From Auanema rhodensis (lineage: Eukaryota; Animalia; Nematoda): a DNA stretch of 64,000 nt. Positions 21,201 through 35,791 of this stretch are shown here, piece by piece. Position numbers and translations under genes: made by a program. The stretch lies in contig OZ059894.1 in the NCBI GenBank assembly GCA_964057225.1, positions 6,820,001 through 6,884,000 on the forward strand, given 5' to 3'. Within the stretch, counting starts at the first letter, position 1; every line of letters starts with the position of its first letter. The notes beneath the pieces are model-generated. The model was not told the DNA's origin. It saw only the letters and a program-made list of their open reading frames with translations, and searched no databases.

Positions 21201-24200
21201 ACTACAGCCTGAACTTTTTTGTGAACAAATCTCTTACATGTGCTCGCATAAGCTCCTTTTCCGGAAAAAGTAAAAGTCCCATCAAAATTTTACCGAGAAA
21301 TTCAGAATCTACACATCTGAATACCAAACCTCAAACTATTTTTATTTGATTATAGTTGATCATCTTTTAGCAAAAGGCACATTCACCGGGCACAACGTGA
21401 CTACAGCCTGAACTTTTTTGTGAACAAATCTCTTACATGTGCTCGCATAAGCTCCTTTTCCGGAAAAAGTAAAAGTCCCATCAAACTTTTACCAAGAAAT
21501 TCAGAATCTACACATCTGAATACCCAACCTCAAACTATTTTTATTTGATTATAGTTGATCATCTTTTAGAAAAAGGCACATTCACCGGGCACAACGTGAC
21601 TACAGCCTGAACTTTTTTGTGAACAAATCTCTTACATGTGCTCGCATAAGCTCCTTTTCCGGAAAAAGTAAAAGTCCCATCAAAATTTTACCGAGAAATT
21701 CAGAATCTACACATCTGAATACCAAACCTCAAACTATTTTTATTTGATTATAGTTGATCATCTTTTAGAAAAAGGCACATTCACCGGGCACAACGTGACT
21801 ACAGCCTGAACTTTTTTGTGAACAAATCTCTTACATGTGCTCGCATAAGCTCCTTTTCCGGAAAAAGTAAAAGTCCCATCAAAATTTTACCGAGAAATTC
21901 AGAATCTACACATCTGAATACCCAACCTCAAACTATTTTTATTTGATTATAGTTGATCATCTTTTAGAAAAAGGCACATTCACCGGGCACAACGTGACTA
22001 CAGCCTGAACTTTTTTGTGAACAAATCTCTTACATGTGCTCGCATAAGCTCCTTTTCCGGAAAAAGTAAAAGTCCCATCAAAATTTTACCGAGAAATTCA
22101 GAATCTACACATCTGAATACCAAACCTCAAACTATTTTTATTTGATTATAGTTGATCATCTTTTAGCAAAAGGCACATTCACCGGGCACAACGTGACTAC
22201 AGCCTGAACTTTTTTGTGAACAAATCTCTTACATGTGCTCGCATAAGCTCCTTTTCCGGAAAAAGTAAAAGTCCCATCAAAATTTTACCAAGAAATTCAG
22301 AATCTACACATCTGAATACCCAACCTCAAACTATTTTTATTTGATTATAGTTGATCATCTTTTAGAAAAAGGCACATTCACCGGGCACAACGTGACTACA
22401 GCCTGAACTTTTTTGTGAACAAATCTCTTACATGTGCTCGCATAAGCTCCTTTTCCGGAAAAAGGAAAAGTCCCATCAAAATTTTACCGAGAAATTCAGA
22501 ATCTACACATCTGAATACCCAACCTCAAACTATTTTTATTTGATTATAGTTGATCATCTTTTAGAAAAAGGCACATTCACCAGGCACAACGTGACTACAG
22601 CCTGAACTTTTTTGTGAACAAATCTCTTACATGTGCTCGCATAAGCTCCTTTTCCGGAAAAAGTAAAAGTCCCATCAAAATTTTACCAAGAAATTCAGAA
22701 TCTACACATCTGAATACCCAACCTCAAACTATTTTTATTTGATTATAGTTGATGATCTTTTAGAAAAAGGCACATTCACCAGGCACAACGTGACTACAGC
22801 CTGAACTTTTTTGTGAACAAATCTCTTACATGTGCTCGCATAAGCTCCTTTTCCGGAAAAAGGAAAAGTCCCATCAAAATTTTACCGAGAAATTCAGAAT
22901 CTACACATCTGAATACCCAACCTCAAACTACTTTTGTTTGATTATAGTTGATCATCTTTTAGAAAAAGGCACATTCACCGGGCAAAACGTGACTACAGCC
23001 TGAACTTTTTTGTGAACAAATCTCTTACATGTGCTCGCATAAGCTCCTTTTCCGGAAAAAGTAAAAGTCCCATCAAAATTTTACCAAGAAATTCAGAATC
23101 TACACATCTGAATACCCAACCTCAAACTATTTTTATTTGATTATAGTTGATCATCTTTTAGAAAAAGGCACATTCACCGGGCACAACGTGACTACAGCCT
23201 GAACTTTTTTGTGAACAAATCTCTTACATGTGCTCGCATAAGCTCCTTTTCCGGAAAAAGGAAAAGTCCCATCAAAATTTTACCGAGAAATTCAGAATCT
23301 ACACATCTGAATACCCAACCTCAAACTATTTTTATTTGATTATAGTTGATCATCTTTTAGAAAAAGGCACATTCACCAGGCACAACGTGACTACAGCCTG
23401 AACTTTTTTGTGAACAAATCTCTTACATGTGCTCGCATAAGCTCCTTTTCCGGAAAAAGTAAAAGTCCCATCAAAATTTTACCAAGAAATTCAGAATCTA
23501 CACATCTGAATACCCAACCTCAAACTATTTTTATTTGATTATAGTTGATGATCTTTTAGAAAAAGGCACATTCACCAGGCACAACGTGACTACAGCCTGA
23601 ACTTTTTTGTGAACAAATCTCTTACATGTGCTCGCATAAGCTCCTTTTCCGGAAAAAGGAAAAGTCCCATCAAAATTTTACCGAGAAATTCAGAATCTAC
23701 ACATCTGAATACCCAACCTCAAACTACTTTTGTTTGATTATAGTTGATCATCTTTTAGAAAAAGGCACATTCACCGGGCAAAACGTGACTACAGCCTGAA
23801 CTTTTTTGTGAACAAATCTCTTACATGTGCTCGCATAAGCTCCTTTTCCGGAAAAAGTAAAAGTCCCATCAAAATTTTACCGAGAAATTCAGAATCTACA
23901 CATCTGAATACCCAACCTCAAACTATTTTTATTTGATTATAGTTGATGATCTTTTAGAAAAAGGAACATTCACCGGGCACAACGTGACTACAGCCTGAAC
24001 TTTTTTGTGAACAAATCTCTTACATGTGCTCGCATAAGCTCCTTTTCCGGAAAAAGTAAAAGTCCCATCAAAATTTTACCAAGAAATTCAGAATCTACAC
24101 ATCTGAATACCCAACCTCAAACTACTTTTATTTGATTATAGTTGATGATCTTTTAGAAAAAGGAACATTCACCGGGCACAACGTGACTACAGCCTGAACT

Positions 24201-27200
24201 TTTTTGTGAACAAATCTCTTACATGTGCTCGCATAAGCTCCTTTTCCGGAAAAAGTAAAAGTCCCATCAAACTTTTACCAAGAAATTCAGAATCTACACA
24301 TCTGAATACCCAACCTCAAACTATTTTTATTTGATTATAGTTGATGATCTTTTAGAAAAAGGAACATTCACGGGGCACAACGTGACTACAGCCTGAACTT
24401 TTTTGTGAACAAATCTCTTACATGTGCTCGCATAAGCTCCTTTTCCGGAAAAAGTAAAAGTCCCATCAAAATTTTACCAAGAAATTCAGAATCTACACAT
24501 CTGAATACCCAACCTCAAACTACTTTTATTTGATTATAGTTGATGATCTTTTAGAAAAAGGAACATTCACCGGGCACAACGTGACTACAGCCTGAACTTT
24601 TTTGTGAACAAATCTCTTACATGTGCTCGCATAAGCTCCTTTTCCGGAAAAAGTAAAAGTCCCATCAAACTTTTACCAAGAAATTCAGAATCTACACATC
24701 TGAATACCCAACCTCAAACTATTTTTATTTGATTATAGTTGATGATCTTTTAGAAAAAGGAACATTCACCGGGCACAACGTGACTACAGCCTGAACTTTT
24801 TTGTGAACAAATCTCTTACATGTGCTCGCATAAGCTCCTTTTCCGGAAAAAGTAAAAGTCCCATCAAAATTTTACCGAGAAATTCAGAATCTACACATCT
24901 GAATACCAAACCTCAAACTATTTTTATTTGATTATAGTTGATCATCTTTTAGCAAAAGGCACATTCACCGGGCACAACGTGACTACAGCCTGAACTTTTT
25001 TGTGAACAAATCTCTTACATGTGCTCGCATAAGCTCCTTTTCCGGAAAAAGTAAAAGTCCCATCAAACTTTTACCAAGAAATTCAGAATCTACACATCTG
25101 AATACCCAACCTCAAACTATTTTTATTTGATTATAGTTGATCATCTTTTAGAAAAAGGCACATTCACCGGGCACAACGTGACTACAGCCTGAACTTTTTT
25201 GTGAACAAATCTCTTACATGTGCTCGCATAAGCTCCTTTTCCGGAAAAAGTAAAAGTCCCATCAAAATTTTACCGAGAAATTCAGAATCTACACATCTGA
25301 ATACCAAACCTCAAACTATTTTTATTTGATTATAGTTGATCATCTTTTAGCAAAAGGCACATTCACCGGGCACAACGTGACTACAGCCTGAACTTTTTTG
25401 TGAACAAATCTCTTACATGTGCTCGCATAAGCTCCTTTTCCGGAAAAAGTAAAAGTCCCATCAAAATTTTACCAAGAAATTCAGAATCTACACATCTGAA
25501 TACCCAACCTCAAACTATTTTTATTTGATTATAGTTGATCATCTTTTAGAAAAAGGCACATTCACCGGGCACAACGTGACTACAGCCTGAACTTTTTTGT
25601 GAACAAATCTCTTACATGTGCTCGCATAAGCTCCTTTTCCGGAAAAAGTAAAAGTCCCATCAAACTTTTACCGAAAAATTCAGAATCTACACATCTGAAT
25701 ACCCAACCTCAAACTATTTTTATTTGATTATAGTTGATCATCTTTTAGAAAAAGGCACATTCACCAGGCACAACGTGACTACAGCCTGAACTTTTTTGTG
25801 AACAAATCTCTTACATGTGCTCGCATAAGCTCCTTTTCCGGAAAAAGTAAAAGTCCCATCAAAATTTTACCAAGAAATTCAGAATCTACACATCTGAATA
25901 CCCAACCTCAAACTACTTTTGTTTGATTATAGTTGATCATCTTTTAGAAAAAGGCACATTCACCGGGCAAAACGTGACTACAGCCTGAACTTTTTTGTGA
26001 ACAAATCTCTTACATGTGCTCGCATAAGCTCCTTTTCCGGAAAAAGTAAAAGTCCCATCAAAATTTTACCGAGAAATTCAGAATCTATACATCTGAATAC
26101 CCAACCTCAAACTATTTTTATTTGATTATAGTTGATCATCTTTTAGAAAAAGGCACATTCACCGGGCACAACGTGACTACAGCCTGAACTTTTTTGTGAA
26201 CAAATCTCTTACATGTGCTCGCATAAGCTCCTTTTCCGGAAAAAGTAAAAGTCCCATCAAACTTTTACCGAAAAATTCAGAATCTACACATCTGAATACC
26301 CAACCTCAAACTATTTTTATTTGATTATAGTTGATCATCTTTTAGAAAAAGGCACATTCACCAGGCACAACGTGACTACAGCCTGAACTTTTTTGTGAAC
26401 AAATCTCTTACATGTGCTCGCATAAGCTCCTTTTCCGGAAAAAGTAAAAGTCCCATCAAAATTTTACCAAGAAATTCAGAATCTACACATCTGAATACCC
26501 AACCTCAAACTACTTTTGTTTGATTATAGTTGATCATCTTTTAGAAAAAGGCACATTCACCGGGCAAAACGTGACTACAGCCTGAACTTTTTTGTGAACA
26601 AATCTCTTACATGTGCTCGCATAAGCTCCTTTTCCGGAAAAAGTAAAAGTCCCATCAAAATTTTACCGAGAAATTCAGAATCTATACATCTGAATACCCA
26701 ACCTCAAACTATTTTTATTTGATTATAGTTGATCATCTTTTAGAAAAAGGCACATTCACCGGGCACAACGTGACTACAGCCTGAACTTTTTTGTGAACAA
26801 ATCTCTTACATGTGCTCGCATAAGGTCCTTTTCCGGAAAAAGTAAAAGTCCCATCAAAATTTTACCGAGAAATTCAGAATCTATACATCTGAATACCCAA
26901 CCTCAAACTATTTCTATTTGATTATAGTTTATGATCTTTTAGAAAAAGGCACATTCACCGGGCACAACGTGACTACAGCCTGAACTTTTTTGTGAACAAA
27001 TCTCTTACATGTGCTCGCATAAGCTCCTTTTCCGGAAAAAGGAAAAGTCCCATCAAACTTTTACCAAGAAATTCAGAATCTACACATCTGAATACCCAAC
27101 CTCAAACTATTTTTATTTGATTATAGTTGATGATCTTTTAGAAAAAGGAACATTCACCGGGCACAACGTGACTACAGCCTGAACTTTTTTGTGAACAAAT

Positions 27201-30200
27201 CTCTTACATGTGCTCGCATAAGCTCCTTTTCCGGAAAAAGTAAAAGTCCCATCAAAATTTTACCAAGAAATTCAGAATCTACACATCTGAATACCCAACC
27301 TCAAACTATTTTTATTTGATTATAGTTGATCATCTTTTAGAAAAAGGCACATTCACCGGGCACAACGTGACTACAGCCTGAACTTTTTTGTGAACAAATC
27401 TCTTACATGTGCTCGCATAAGCTCCTTTTCCGGAAAAAGTAAAAGTCCCATCAAACTTTTACCAAGAAATTCAGAATCTACACATCTGAATACCCAACCT
27501 CAAACTATTTTTATTTGATTATAGTTGATGATCTTTTAGAAAAAGGCACATTCACCGGGCACAAAGTGACTACAGCCTGAACTTTTTTGTGAACAAATCT
27601 CTTACATGTGCTCGCATAAGCTCCTTTTCCGGAAAAAGTAAAAGTCCCATCAAAATTTTACCGAAAAATTCAGAATCTACACATCTGAATACCCAACCTC
27701 AAACTATTTTTATTTGATTATAGTTGATCATCTTTTAGAAAAAGGCACATTCACCGGGCACAACGTGACTACAGCCTGAACTTTTTTGTGAACAAATCTC
27801 TTACATGTGCTCGCATAAGCTCCTTTTCCGGAAAAAGTAAAAGTCCCATCAAAATTTTACCGAAAAATTCAGAATCTACACATCTGAATACCCAACCTCA
27901 AACTATTTCTATTTGATTATAGTTGATCATCTTTTAGAAAAAGGCACATTCACCGGGCACAACGTGACTACAGCCTGAACTTTTTTGTGAACAAATCTCT
28001 TACATGTGCTCGCATAAGCTCCTTTTCCGGAAAAAGTAAAAGTCCCATCAAACTTTTACCAAGAAATTCAGAATCTACACATCTGAATACCCAACCTCAA
28101 ACTATTTTTATTTGATTATAGTTGATGATCTTTTAGAAAAAGGCACATTCACCGGGCACAACGTGACTACAGCCTGAACTTTTTTGTGAACAAATCTCTT
28201 ACATGTGCTCGCATAAGCTCCTTTTCCGGAAAAAGTAAAAGTCCCATCAAACTTTTACCAAGAAATTCAGAATCTACACATCTGAATACCCAACCTCAAA
28301 CTATTTTTATTTGATTATAGTTGATCATCTTTTAGAAAAAGGCACATTCACCGGGCACAACGTGACTACAGCCTGAACTTTTTTGTGAACAAATCTCTTA
28401 CATGTGCTCGCATAAGCTCCTTTTCCGGAAAAAGTAAAAGTCCCATCAAACTTTTACCAAGAAATTCAGAATCTACACATCTGAATACCCAACCTCAAAC
28501 TATTTTTATTTGATTATAGTTGATGATCTTTTAGAAAAAGGCACATTCACCGGGCACAACGTGACTACAGCCTGAACTTTTTTGTGAACAAATCTCTTAC
28601 ATGTGCTCGCATAAGCTCCTTTTCCGGAAAAAGTAAAAGTCCCATCAAAATTTTACCGAAAAATTCAGAATCTACACATCTGAATACCCAACCTCAAACT
28701 ATTTTTATTTGATTATAGTTGATGATCTTTTAGAAAAAGGCACATTCACCGGGCACAACGTGACTACAGCCTGAACTTTTTTGTGAACAAATCTCTTACA
28801 TGTGCTCGCATAAGCTCCTTTTCCGGAAAAAGTAAAAGTCCCATCAAAATTTTACCGAAAAATCCAGAATCTACACATCTGAATACCCAACCTCAAACTA
28901 TTTTTATTTGATTATAGTTGATCATCTTTTAGAAAAAGGCACATTCACCGGGCACAACGTGACTACAGCCTGAACTTTTTTGTGAACAAATCTCTTACAT
29001 GTGCTCGCATAAGCTCCTTTTCCGGAAAAAGTAAAAGTCCCATCAAACTTTTACCAAGAAATTCAGAATCTACACATCTGAATACCCAACCTCAAACTAT
29101 TTTTATTTGATTATAGTTGATCATCTTTTAGAAAAAGACACATTCACCGGGCACAACGTGACTACAGCCTGAACTTTTTTGTGAACAAATCTCTTACATG
29201 TGCTCGCATAAGCTCCTTTTCCGGAAAAAGTAAAAGTCCCATCAAAATTTTACCGAAAAATCCAGAATCTACACATCTGAATACCCAACCTCAAACTATT
29301 TTTATTTGATTATAGTTGATCATCTTTTAGAAAAAGGCACATTCACCGGGCACAACGTGACTACAGCCTGAACTTTTTTGTGAACAAATCTCTTACATGT
29401 GCTCGCATAAGCTCCTTTTCCGGAAAAAGTAAAAGTCCCATCAAAATTTTACCAAGAAATTCAGAATCTACACATCTGAATACCCAACCTCAAACTACTT
29501 TTGTTTGATTATAGTTGATCATCTTTTAGAAAAAGGCACATTCACCAGGCACAACGTGACTACAGCCTGAACTTTTTTGTGAACAAATCTCTTACATGTG
29601 CTCGCATAAGCTCCTTTTCCGGAAAAAGGAAAAGTCCCATCAAAATTTTACCGAGAAATTCAGAATCTACACATCTGAATACCCAACCTCAAACTACTTT
29701 TGTTTGATTATAGTTGATCATCTTTTAGAAAAAGGCACATTCACCGGGCAAAACGTGACTACAGCCTGAACTTTTTTGTGAACAAATCTCTTACATGTGC
29801 TCGCATAAGCTCCTTTTCCGGAAAAAGTAAAAGTCCCATCAAAATTTTACCGAGAAATTCAGAATCTATACATCTGAATACCCAACCTCAAACTATTTTT
29901 ATTTGATTATAGTTGATCATCTTTTAGAAAAAGGCACATTCACCGGGCACAACGTGACTACAGCCTGAACTTTTTTGTGAACAAATCTCTTACATGTGCT
30001 CGCATAAGGTCCTTTTCCGGAAAAAGTAAAAGTCCCATCAAAATTTTACCGAGAAATTCAGAATCTATACATCTGAATACCCAACCTCAAACTATTTCTA
30101 TTTGATTATAGTTTATGATCTTTTAGAAAAAGGCACATTCACCGGGCACAACGTGACTACAGCCTGAACTTTTTTGTGAACAAATCTCTTACATGTGCTC

Positions 30201-33200
30201 GCATAAGCTCCTTTTCCGGAAAAAGGAAAAGTCCCATCAAACTTTTACCAAGAAATTCAGAATCTACACATCTGAATACCCAACCTCAAACTATTTTTAT
30301 TTGATTATAGTTGATGATCTTTTAGAAAAAGGAACATTCACCGGGCACAACGTGACTACAGCCTGAACTTTTTTGTGAACAAATCTCTTACATGTGCTCG
30401 CATAAGCTCCTTTTCCGGAAAAAGTAAAAGTCCCATCAAAATTTTACCAAGAAATTCAGAATCTACACATCTGAATACCCAACCTCAAACTATTTTTATT
30501 TGATTATAGTTGATCATCTTTTAGAAAAAGGCACATTCACCGGGCACAACGTGACTACAGCCTGAACTTTTTTGTGAACAAATCTCTTACATGTGCTCGC
30601 ATAAGCTCCTTTTCCGGAAAAAGTAAAAGTCCCATCAAACTTTTACCAAGAAATTCAGAATCTACACATCTGAATACCCAACCTCAAACTATTTTTATTT
30701 GATTATAGTTGATGATCTTTTAGAAAAAGGCACATTCACCGGGCACAAAGTGACTACAGCCTGAACTTTTTTGTGAACAAATCTCTTACATGTGCTCGCA
30801 TAAGCTCCTTTTCCGGAAAAAGTAAAAGTCCCATCAAAATTTTACCGAAAAATTCAGAATCTACACATCTGAATACCCAACCTCAAACTATTTTTATTTG
30901 ATTATAGTTGATCATCTTTTAGAAAAAGGCACATTCACCGGGCACAACGTGACTACAGCCTGAACTTTTTTGTGAACAAATCTCTTACATGTGCTCGCAT
31001 AAGCTCCTTTTCCGGAAAAAGTAAAAGTCCCATCAAAATTTTACCGAAAAATTCAGAATCTACACATCTGAATACCCAACCTCAAACTATTTCTATTTGA
31101 TTATAGTTGATCATCTTTTAGAAAAAGGCACATTCACCGGGCACAACGTGACTACAGCCTGAACTTTTTTGTGAACAAATCTCTTACATGTGCTCGCATA
31201 AGCTCCTTTTCCGGAAAAAGTAAAAGTCCCATCAAACTTTTACCAAGAAATTCAGAATCTACACATCTGAATACCCAACCTCAAACTATTTTTATTTGAT
31301 TATAGTTGATGATCTTTTAGAAAAAGGCACATTCACCGGGCACAACGTGACTACAGCCTGAACTTTTTTGTGAACAAATCTCTTACATGTGCTCGCATAA
31401 GCTCCTTTTCCGGAAAAAGTAAAAGTCCCATCAAACTTTTACCAAGAAATTCAGAATCTACACATCTGAATACCCAACCTCAAACTATTTTTATTTGATT
31501 ATAGTTGATCATCTTTTAGAAAAAGGCACATTCACCGGGCACAACGTGACTACAGCCTGAACTTTTTTGTGAACAAATCTCTTACATGTGCTCGCATAAG
31601 CTCCTTTTCCGGAAAAAGTAAAAGTCCCATCAAAATTTTACCGAAAAATTCAGAATCTACACATCTGAATACCCAACCTCAAACTATTTCTATTTGATTA
31701 TAGTTGATCATTTTTTAGAAAAAGGCACATTCACCGGGCACAACGTGACTACAGCCTGAACTTTTTTGTGAACAAATCTCTTACATGTGCTCGCATAAGC
31801 TCCTTTTCCGGAAAAAGTAAAAGTCCCATCAAACTTTTACCAAGAAATTCAGAATCTACACATCTGAATACCCAACCTCAAACTATTTTTATTTGATTAT
31901 AGTTGATGATCTTTTAGAAAAAGGCACATTCACCGGGCACAACGTGACTACAGCCTGAACTTTTTTGTGAACAAATCTCTTACATGTGCTCGCATAAGCT
32001 CCTTTTCCGGAAAAAGTAAAAGTCCCATCAAACTTTTACCAAGAAATTCAGAATCTACACATCTGAATACCCAACCTCAAACTATTTTTATTTGATTATA
32101 GTTGATCATCTTTTAGAAAAAGGCACATTCACCGGGCACAACGTGACTACAGCCTGAACTTTTTTGTGAACAAATCTCTTACATGTGCTCGCATAAGCTC
32201 CTTTTCCGGAAAAAGTAAAAGTCCCATCAAAATTTTACCGAAAAATTCAGAATCTACACATCTGAATACCCAACCTCAAACTATTTTTATTTGATTATAG
32301 TTGATGATCTTTTAGAAAAAGGCACATTCACCGGGCACAACGTGACTACAGCCTGAACTTTTTTGTGAACAAATCTCTTACATGTGCTCGCATAAGCTCC
32401 TTTTCCGGAAAAAGTAAAAGTCCCATCAAAATTTTACCGAAAAATCCAGAATCTACACATCTGAATACCCAACCTCAAACTATTTTTATTTGATTATAGT
32501 TGATCATCTTTTAGAAAAAGGCACATTCACCGGGCACAACGTGACTACAGCCTGAACTTTTTTGTGAACAAATCTCTTACATGTGCTCGCATAAGCTCCT
32601 TTTCCGGAAAAAGTAAAAGTCCCATCAAACTTTTACCAAGAAATTCAGAATCTACACATCTGAATACCCAACCTCAAACTATTTTTATTTGATTATAGTT
32701 GATCATCTTTTAGAAAAAGACACATTCACCGGGCACAACGTGACTACAGCCTGAACTTTTTTGTGAACAAATCTCTTACATGTGCTCGCATAAGCTCCTT
32801 TTCCGGAAAAAGTAAAAGTCCCATCAAAATTTTACCGAAAAATCCAGAATCTACACATCTGAATACCCAACCTCAAACTATTTTTATTTGATTATAGTTG
32901 ATCATCTTTTAGAAAAAGGCACATTCACCGGGCACAACGTGACTACAGCCTGAACTTTTTTGTGAACAAATCTCTTACATGTGCTCGCATAAGCTCCTTT
33001 TCCGGAAAAAGTAAAAGTCCCATCAAAATTTTACCGAAAAATCCAGAATCTACACATCTGAATACCCAACCTCAAACTATTTTTATTTGATTATAGTTGA
33101 TCATCTTTTAGAAAAAGACACATTCACCGGGCACAACGTGACTACAGCCTGAACTTTTTTGTGAACAAATCTCTTACATGTGCTCGCATAAGCTCCTTTT

Positions 33201-35791
33201 CCGGAAAAAGTAAAAGTCCCATCAAAATTTTACCGAAAAATCCAGAATCTACACATCTGAATACCCAACCTCAAACTATTTTTATTTGATTATAGTTGAT
33301 GATCTTTTAGAAAAAGGCACATTCACCGGGCACAACGTGACTACAGCCTGAACTTTTTTGTGAACAAATCTCTTACATGTGCTCGCATAAGCTCCTTTTC
33401 CGGAAAAAGTAAAAGTCCCATCAAACTTTTACCAAGAAATTCAGAATCTACACATCTGAATACCCAACCTCAAACTATTTTTATTTGATTATAGTTGATC
33501 ATCTTTTAGAAAAAGACACATTCACCGGGCACAACGTGACTACAGCCTGAACTTTTTTGTGAACAAATCTCTTACATGTGCTCGCATAAGCTCCTTTTCC
33601 GGAAAAAGTAAAAGTCCCATCAAAATTTTACCGAAAAATCCAGAATCTACACATCTGAATACCCAACCTCAAACTATTTTTATTTGATTATAGTTGATGA
33701 TCTTTTAGAAAAAGGCACATTCACCGGGCACAACGTGACTACAGCCTGAACTTTTTTGTGAACAAATCTCTTACATGTGCTCGCATAAGCTCCTTTTCCG
33801 GAAAAAGTAAAAGTCCCATCAAAATTTTACCGAAAAATCCAGAATCTACACATCTGAATACCCAACCTCAAACTATTTTTATTTGATTATAGTTGATCAT
33901 CTTTTAGAAAAAGGCACATTCACCGGGCACAACGTGACTACAGCCTGAACTTTTTTGTGAACAAATCTCTTACATGTGCTCGCATAAGCTCCTTTTCCGG
34001 AAAAAGTAAAAGTCCCATCAAACTTTTACCAAGAAATTCAGAATCTACACATCTGAATACCCAACCTCAAACTATTTTTATTTGATTATAGTTGATCATC
34101 TTTTAGAAAAAGACACATTCACCGGGCACAACGTGACTACAGCCTGAACTTTTTTGTGAACAAATCTCTTACATGTGCTCGCATAAGCTCCTTTTCCGGA
34201 AAAAGTAAAAGTCCCATCAAAATTTTACCGAAAAATCCAGAATCTACACATCTGAATACCCAACCTCAAACTATTTTTATTTGATTATAGTTGATCATCT
34301 TTTAGAAAAAGGCACATTCACCGGGCACAACGTGACTACAGCCTGAACTTTTTTGTGAACAAATCTCTTACATGTGCTCGCATAAGCTCCTTTTCCGGAA
34401 AAAGTAAAAGTCCCATCAAAATTTTACCGAAAAATCCAGAATCTACACATCTGAATACCCAACCTCAAACTATTTTTATTTGATTATAGTTGATCATCTT
34501 TTAGAAAAAGACACATTCACCGGGCACAACGTGACTACAGCCTGAACTTTTTTGTGAACAAATCTCTTACATGTGCTCGCATAAGCTCCTTTTCCGGAAA
34601 AAGTAAAAGTCCCATCAAAATTTTACCGAAAAATCCAGAATCTACACATCTGAATACCCAACCTCAAACTATTTTTATTTGATTATAGTTGATGATCTTT
34701 TAGAAAAAGGCACATTCACCGGGCACAACGTGACTACAGCCTGAACTTTTTTGTGAACAAATCTCTTACATGTGCTCGCATAAGCTCCTTTTCCGGAAAA
34801 AGTAAAAGTCCCATCAAACTTTTACCAAGAAATTCAGAATCTACACATCTGAATACCCAACCTCAAACTATTTTTATTTGATTATAGTTGATCATCTTTT
34901 AGAAAAAGGCACATTCACCGGGCACAACGTGACTACAGCCTGAACTTTTTTGTGAACAAATCTCTTACATGTGCTCGCATAAGCTCCTTTTCCGGAAAAA
35001 GTAAAAGTCCCATCAAACTTTTACCAAGAAATTCAGAATCTACACATCTGAATACCCAACCTCAAACTATTTTTATTTGATTATAGTTGATCATCTTTTA
35101 GAAAAAGGCACATTCACCGGGCACAACGTGACTACAGCCTGAACTTTTTTGTGAACAAATCTCTTACATGTGCTCGCATAAGCTCCTTTTCCGGAAAAAG
35201 TAAAAGTCCCATCAAACTTTTACCAAGAAATTAAGAATCTACACATCTGAATACCCAACCTCAAACTATTTTTATTTGATTATAGTTGATCATCTTTTAG
35301 AAAAAGGCACATTCACCGGGCACAACGTGACTACAGCCTGAACTTTTTTGTGAACAAATCTCTTACATGTGCTCGCATAAGCTCCTTTTCCGGAAAAAGT
35401 AAAAGTCCCATCAAACTTTTACCAAGAAATTCAGAATCTACACATCTGAATACCCAACCTCAAACTATTTTTATTTGATTATAGTTGATCATCTTTTAGA
35501 AAAAGGCACATTCACCGGGCACAACGTGACTACAGCCTGAACTTTTTTGTGAACAAATCTCTTACATGTGCTCGCATAAGCTCCTTTTCCGGAAAAAGTA
35601 AAAGTCCCATCAAACTTTTACCAAGAAATTCAGAATCTACACATCTGAATACCCAACCTCAAACTATTTTTATTTGATTATAGTTGATGATCTTTTAGAA
35701 AAAGGCACATTCACCGGGCACAACGTGACTACAGCCTGAACTTTTTTGTGAACAAATCTCTTAGATGTGCTCGCATAAACCCCTTTTCCGG
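9230..35791. repeat. 199-bp satellite, left array (~131 units)
   Basis: Head-to-tail monomer GCACATTCACCGGGCACAACGTGACTACAGCCTGAACTTTTTTGTGAAC...CTTTTCCGGAAAAAG...GATCATCTTTTAGAAAAAG. Three units span 597 bp. Only a few substitutions separate units. Confidence 0.98.
14883..15364. mobile_element. 482-bp MITE, Merlin-like (TIRs start with GG, 8-bp TSD)
   Basis: ~35-bp TIRs GG(G/C)GCTGGTAT(C/T)GTTTCGCCCAC(n)TAA, extending imperfectly to ~60 bp. TSD CTATTTTT at 14875-14882 and 15365-15372. Uninterrupted satellite units show the empty site. The superfamily is inferred from the ends only. Confidence 0.88.
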
